This document shows positions 60,169-64,000 of a DNA stretch of 64,000 nucleotides, piece by piece (position 1 is the stretch's first letter; each line of letters opens with the position of its first letter). The position numbers were made by a program, and so were the translations under genes. The DNA comes from an uncultured Spirochaetota bacterium (GTDB lineage Bacteria > Spirochaetota > Spirochaetia > SZUA-6 > Fen-1364). The DNA lies in the NCBI GenBank assembly GCA_963845535.1, contig CAWJSK010000012.1, forward strand, positions 192,001-256,000. The letters are read 5' to 3'. Below the pieces are notes generated by a model, which ran no database searches, was not told where the DNA came from, and saw nothing but the letters and a program-made list of their open reading frames with translations.

Positions 60169-62329
60169 AGCCGTTTTGACATCTCCCTGGACACCTGAGA
60201 GGCTCCACGGATTTTCTCTTCTCATTCTCAGGAACCTGATCCTGTTCTTTCTGCTTCTCAACTCCTTTCTGCAGCTCCGCGATCAACTGGACCTGTCATT
60301 CCTGAGCGCCGCCCTCATTCTTGGCGTTTGCGCGGGGGTTCTCACGGAGCGAGCGCGGCTGCGTTTCCTTTCCGCGCTGGCGCTTGCCGCCGTCATTCCG
60401 ATTGTGTTGCGCCTTGTTTTCTTCCTTGTCTTCAGGCTCCAGAGAGACATAGCTTCAGCGCCCGCAACGGATTTCCTTTTCTTCTATTTCGACAAGGATT
60501 TTTTCCCCGCGCTTGCCGGCTACGGCGTGGCATGGCTCTTCAATTTCCTTGCCTTGCGTCATCCGCGATTCCCCGTCATTGAGGCGGCCTTGAACTCAGG
60601 CCTCCTCGTCACGGTGTTCTGGAACCAGGCCGGCTACCGGCTCACCCTCTATCCCCACCCTCTCATCTTTGCGCTGGCGCTTTCCCTCTTTGTCATTGCC
60701 GAGTTTTTCGTGCTCCTCCTTTCGGGAAATGCGCCGCCTGGCCGGCGCGCAGACCCGGAAGCCGGCTTCGACGCCCGGGCCATCCTGAACTTTGCATGGA
60801 TCGTCCTCCCGCTGCTCCTCGTGTTCCTGTTCTTCCTCCTGGGCAGGTACAGTGAGAGCGCCGTGAAGGCCGGCGGAGGGCTCATGCGGCCCACGCTTTT
60901 CCGTTTCGACTTCGCCCCCTACGTGAGACTGGAAAGCGAGATTCGCACCTCCAACGACACCGTCATGCTCTTTCGCACCGAAGGCAAGGCGGACCGTTTC
61001 CTCCTGCGCCGCTTCGTCCTGGGCAGCTACGACCCCCAGCGCGGCTTCTTCATGGAGCCGGGTCATGGGATGGATGAATCGACTTCCGTCGTGCCGGATT
61101 CCCCGCAGACCTATCCGGACCCTGGCTACCGAGACCGCGAACGACTCACGCAGGAATACTATTTCCTCACCCTTGATCCCTCGTCCCTGATTGCCGTCAA
61201 CTATCCCGTTCGCGTGGCCCCTCTTTCCAACTGGAAGTCATCCTCGTTCCTGCGCGTCTACCGGGTGGTGTCGAGGATGATGCGCTCCACGGCTGCCCCG
61301 CAGAACGTCACGACCCGGCCCGCCATGTCGGCCGCCGACCTGGCCTACTACACACGGTGGGGGAATGATCCTCTCATCAAGGGGCTTGCCGAGCAGATCA
61401 CGGAGAACAGCGTGGGGTACTACGAGAAAGCGGCGGCCATCGAGGATTACCTGAGGACTCATTACCTCTACTCTCTGAAGCCGGGGATCGCGGCGGACGG
61501 CAACCAGCTCAATCATTTCCTTTTCGAGTCCAAGAAGGGCTACTGCTCGTATTTCGCTTTCGCCATGGCGCTGATGTGCAGGAGCCTCGGGATCCCGGCG
61601 CGCGTCTCCGTGGGTTTCTACGTGGACCCGCGCTCGGAAATCCTCAACTTCTACGAGGTCAAGGCTTTTCAAGCCCACGCGTGGGTCGAAGTGTGGTTCG
61701 GAAACATTGGCTGGGTGGAGTTCGACCCCACCTCGGACCAGCTCGCCCCCGGGGAACAATTCACTCCATACGCGGGCCCGGACAAGGACAGGATGGCGAA
61801 GCTCATTGCAGAAATCCTCAAGAACCAGTCCGGCATGACGGAGGAACGCGCGGCGCGGCACCCCGTGGCGGCCTCCGTGCGCCAGGTGGGCGCCGCCTTT
61901 GCGCGCATTGCCCTTTTTGTCGCGCGGCTGTGGTATCTCACCCTCCCCACCCTGTACGCGATCTTCCTCCTGTCAGTGAAACTGCTGCCTTCCCTGCCCG
62001 AGCTGTTTTCGACAAGCAGGCGCCGCAGGGTGAAGGGCGCTTACCGGCTGCTCCTCGTGACGCTTGCGGGCGTCGGCCTGGCGCGGCGGCCGGGGGAATC
62101 TCTCCTGGAGCACGCCCGCAGGGTGGAGCGTGACCGCGCGGTTCCGCTGCCTCGCGCTACGAGCGAGCTTCTCAAGGCGGCCTTTGCCCGTCTTTTCGAT
62201 GAGGCCGATGCAAGGACGGCGCGGCGCGTGTCCCGAGAGTTCCGCGCGGCGTTCCGCAAGCGCATCCCGCTTGCCCGCCGGCTGCTGGGCGTGCTCAACC
62301 CGGCCGGCTCGTTCACGAGGATGATCTGA
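60152..62329 (+). CDS. Membrane protein with transglutaminase-like domain
   Basis: N-terminal TM segments; GYCSYFA, GIPARVSVGF, HAWVEV and FDPT triad motifs. Confidence 0.92.
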   Translation: MPGKSEAVLTSPWTPERLHGFSLLILRNLILFFLLLNSFLQLRDQLDLSFLSAALILGVCAGVLTERARLRFLSALALAAVIPIVLRLVFFLVFRLQRDIASAPATDFLFFYFDKDFFPALAGYGVAWLFNFLALRHPRFPVIEAALNSGLLVTVFWNQAGYRLTLYPHPLIFALALSLFVIAEFFVLLLSGNAPPGRRADPEAGFDARAILNFAWIVLPLLLVFLFFLLGRYSESAVKAGGGLMRPTLFRFDFAPYVRLESEIRTSNDTVMLFRTEGKADRFLLRRFVLGSYDPQRGFFMEPGHGMDESTSVVPDSPQTYPDPGYRDRERLTQEYYFLTLDPSSLIAVNYPVRVAPLSNWKSSSFLRVYRVVSRMMRSTAAPQNVTTRPAMSAADLAYYTRWGNDPLIKGLAEQITENSVGYYEKAAAIEDYLRTHYLYSLKPGIAADGNQLNHFLFESKKGYCSYFAFAMALMCRSLGIPARVSVGFYVDPRSEILNFYEVKAFQAHAWVEVWFGNIGWVEFDPTSDQLAPGEQFTPYAGPDKDRMAKLIAEILKNQSGMTEERAARHPVAASVRQVGAAFARIALFVARLWYLTLPTLYAIFLLSVKLLPSLPELFSTSRRRRVKGAYRLLLVTLAGVGLARRPGESLLEHARRVERDRAVPLPRATSELLKAAFARLFDEADARTARRVSREFRAAFRKRIPLARRLLGVLNPAGSFTRMI

Positions 62330-64000
62330 ATGCCCCGCGCGAAGGCCCTCGCGGCCCTCCTTGCCGTTTTCCTCCTGACGCCCGGTATCCTCCGCGCGCA
62401 GTCCAGCCGCGACGAAACCCTGAACGAGATGTACGGTCAGGCGCGGCAGGCAATCTCCCAGGATGCCTATGAGACCGCGGTGCGGATCCTTACCAAGGCG
62501 AAAGAGCGTTTCCCCGAGGCGCCCAAGGTGAACCTGGCCCTTGCAGACCTGTATTATGACAAGGAGCTGTACGGCCTGGCGCTGGGGGAATACCAGGCAG
62601 CGGAAAAGAAGGGGGCCACGGACATCACGACCCTCACGCAGATCTCCCGCAGCTTCGGAAAGCTCAACCAGGAAAAGAAATCCATCGACTACCTCACGCG
62701 AATCCTTGCAACGTGGCCGGACAGCGCCGACACGGTGGACGACCTGGGCTGGATGTACTTCAAGACTCATCAGCTGGACAAAGGGGAGTCCGTGCTGCGC
62801 AAGGGGATTGAGCGCCTGGGGATACAGCGCGGCCTCGCGATGACCCTCGGGACCATCTACTCGGGAATGAACCGCTACGAGAGCTCCCGGGAGTACTATC
62901 AGAAGGCCATTGACGAGGCGCTTCGCGTCGGGGACCGCAGCTTTGCCGCAATCGCCTACTACAACCTGTCGCTCCTCGAGCATAATTTTTTCCACTACAA
63001 CTCCGCGCTTCGGGACACCGATGAATCGATCGCCATGGATGACCGCCCCTCGGGCCACCTGGCGCGCGGGGAGCTTTTCGAGTCGCGCCTGGACTTCTCC
63101 TCGGCGCAGGCGGAGTACCAGAGCGCGTACGCCCAGGACACGACGCCGCTCTCCAAGATCAACATTGCCATCCTGCTGCAGAAGTCGGGGCAGTTGGAGC
63201 TTGCGCGCCGCTACGGAGAGGAGGTGCTGTCCTCCAAGGATCTGGCGTGGATCGTGTACTACGGGACCGACGTGGTGCGGCACTTCAAGGATGTGCACGA
63301 GCTGCTCAAGGACGTGTACGCGGGCCTGGCGCGCCAGGAAGCCGACAGGCCGACCGCGGGGATCCTGGCGCGCCTCTCCGCGCTGTTTGCCGCTGCGCGC
63401 GACATCGTCCTTTCCTGGCGGCATCGCGAGATGTTCCGCATGTACTCGCTTGTTGTCGGCCGACAGTACCTGGCGGAAGGGTCGTTGGAGGACGCGTGGT
63501 GGGAGTTCTACCGGGCAAACGAGGGCTACCGTGAAGTTGCGCTGAAATACCTGGAAATGGCGAGACGCCTGGAGACCGCGCGGTCTCCGCACGCGGAGTA
63601 CTTCTACCTCCAGGAGGAGGGGAAGCTCCTTCGGTCTCCCGATCTTTTGCGCGGATCGATCGAGGGTTTCGATCCTTTCTGGGAGAAAGAGGCAACGGCC
63701 GACTCGCTGCTCGCCCTCGCCCCCCTTCTCCGGGGACAAGAGCGCCGGGACACCATCGCGCAGCTCTACCAACTGAACCCCGGAGCGCTTTCTCAGGCAG
63801 GATTGGGACTTCCGTTGAACGTGGAGTTTGCGGGGAGCGGCTTCCAGCCTCGGGAAAAGAGGCTGATTCTGCGGTATCTTAGAAGAGCAGGCTCCGAATG
63901 CGTCTCTGGCCCGGGTGCCGTGATGCGGTACTCCCTCACCCTCACCCGACAGTCCAACGGCACCGCTCGATGGTCAGTGACGGATTCCGTTTCAGGGACC
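62330..64000 (+). CDS. Exported TPR-repeat protein (runs off the window)
   Basis: ATG at 62330; manual translation MPRAKALAALLAVFLL...ALADLYYDKELYGLALGEY...DDLGWMYFK...AIAYYNLS; no stop seen before the window end. Confidence 0.8.
   Translation, partial: MPRAKALAALLAVFLLTPGILRAQSSRDETLNEMYGQARQAISQDAYETAVRILTKAKERFPEAPKVNLALADLYYDKELYGLALGEYQAAEKKGATDITTLTQISRSFGKLNQEKKSIDYLTRILATWPDSADTVDDLGWMYFKTHQLDKGESVLRKGIERLGIQRGLAMTLGTIYSGMNRYESSREYYQKAIDEALRVGDRSFAAIAYYNLSLLEHNFFHYNSALRDTDESIAMDDRPSGHLARGELFESRLDFSSAQAEYQSAYAQDTTPLSKINIAILLQKSGQLELARRYGEEVLSSKDLAWIVYYGTDVVRHFKDVHELLKDVYAGLARQEADRPTAGILARLSALFAAARDIVLSWRHREMFRMYSLVVGRQYLAEGSLEDAWWEFYRANEGYREVALKYLEMARRLETARSPHAEYFYLQEEGKLLRSPDLLRGSIEGFDPFWEKEATADSLLALAPLLRGQERRDTIAQLYQLNPGALSQAGLGLPLNVEFAGSGFQPREKRLILRYLRRAGSECVSGPGAVMRYSLTLTRQSNGTARWSVTDSVSGT

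Overview
This is GC-rich bacterial chromosomal DNA, probably from a Spirochaetia-like organism; that is an inference from the class I LysRS and the MoxR/DUF58/transglutaminase/TPR block. Positions 1-8.6 kb hold an ArsR/SRPBCC pair, a molybdenum-hydroxylase cluster, an MFS transporter and a radical SAM gene. About 8.6-29.4 kb is an accessory/defence island. It carries a nuclease-like hypothetical, a GIY-YIG protein, and radC plus a type III R-M locus whose mod gene is split by IS630. It also carries an intact four-gene ubiquitin-like conjugation operon (Ubl, E2-like, JAB, E1) transcribed divergently from a CapH/CapP-like HTH plus metallopeptidase pair. The island further contains IS630 (two copies), IS1182 and ISAzo13 elements, an ECF42/DGPF module, and a structured GC-rich repeat that sits at module boundaries. 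The remainder (29.7-64 kb) is mostly housekeeping: thioredoxin/CcdA, LacI, ilvBN-leuCD-ilvD followed by an apparently catalytically dead DeoC homologue, lysS, mntH, bcp, a GGDEF-EAL protein, AlaX, a rhomboid protease and a MoxR cluster. The most interesting element is the Ubl operon, whose E1 and E2 appear to lack cysteines at the canonical thioester positions. Several homopolymer frameshifts may be assembly errors. All calls come from reading motifs by eye; no database searches were run.
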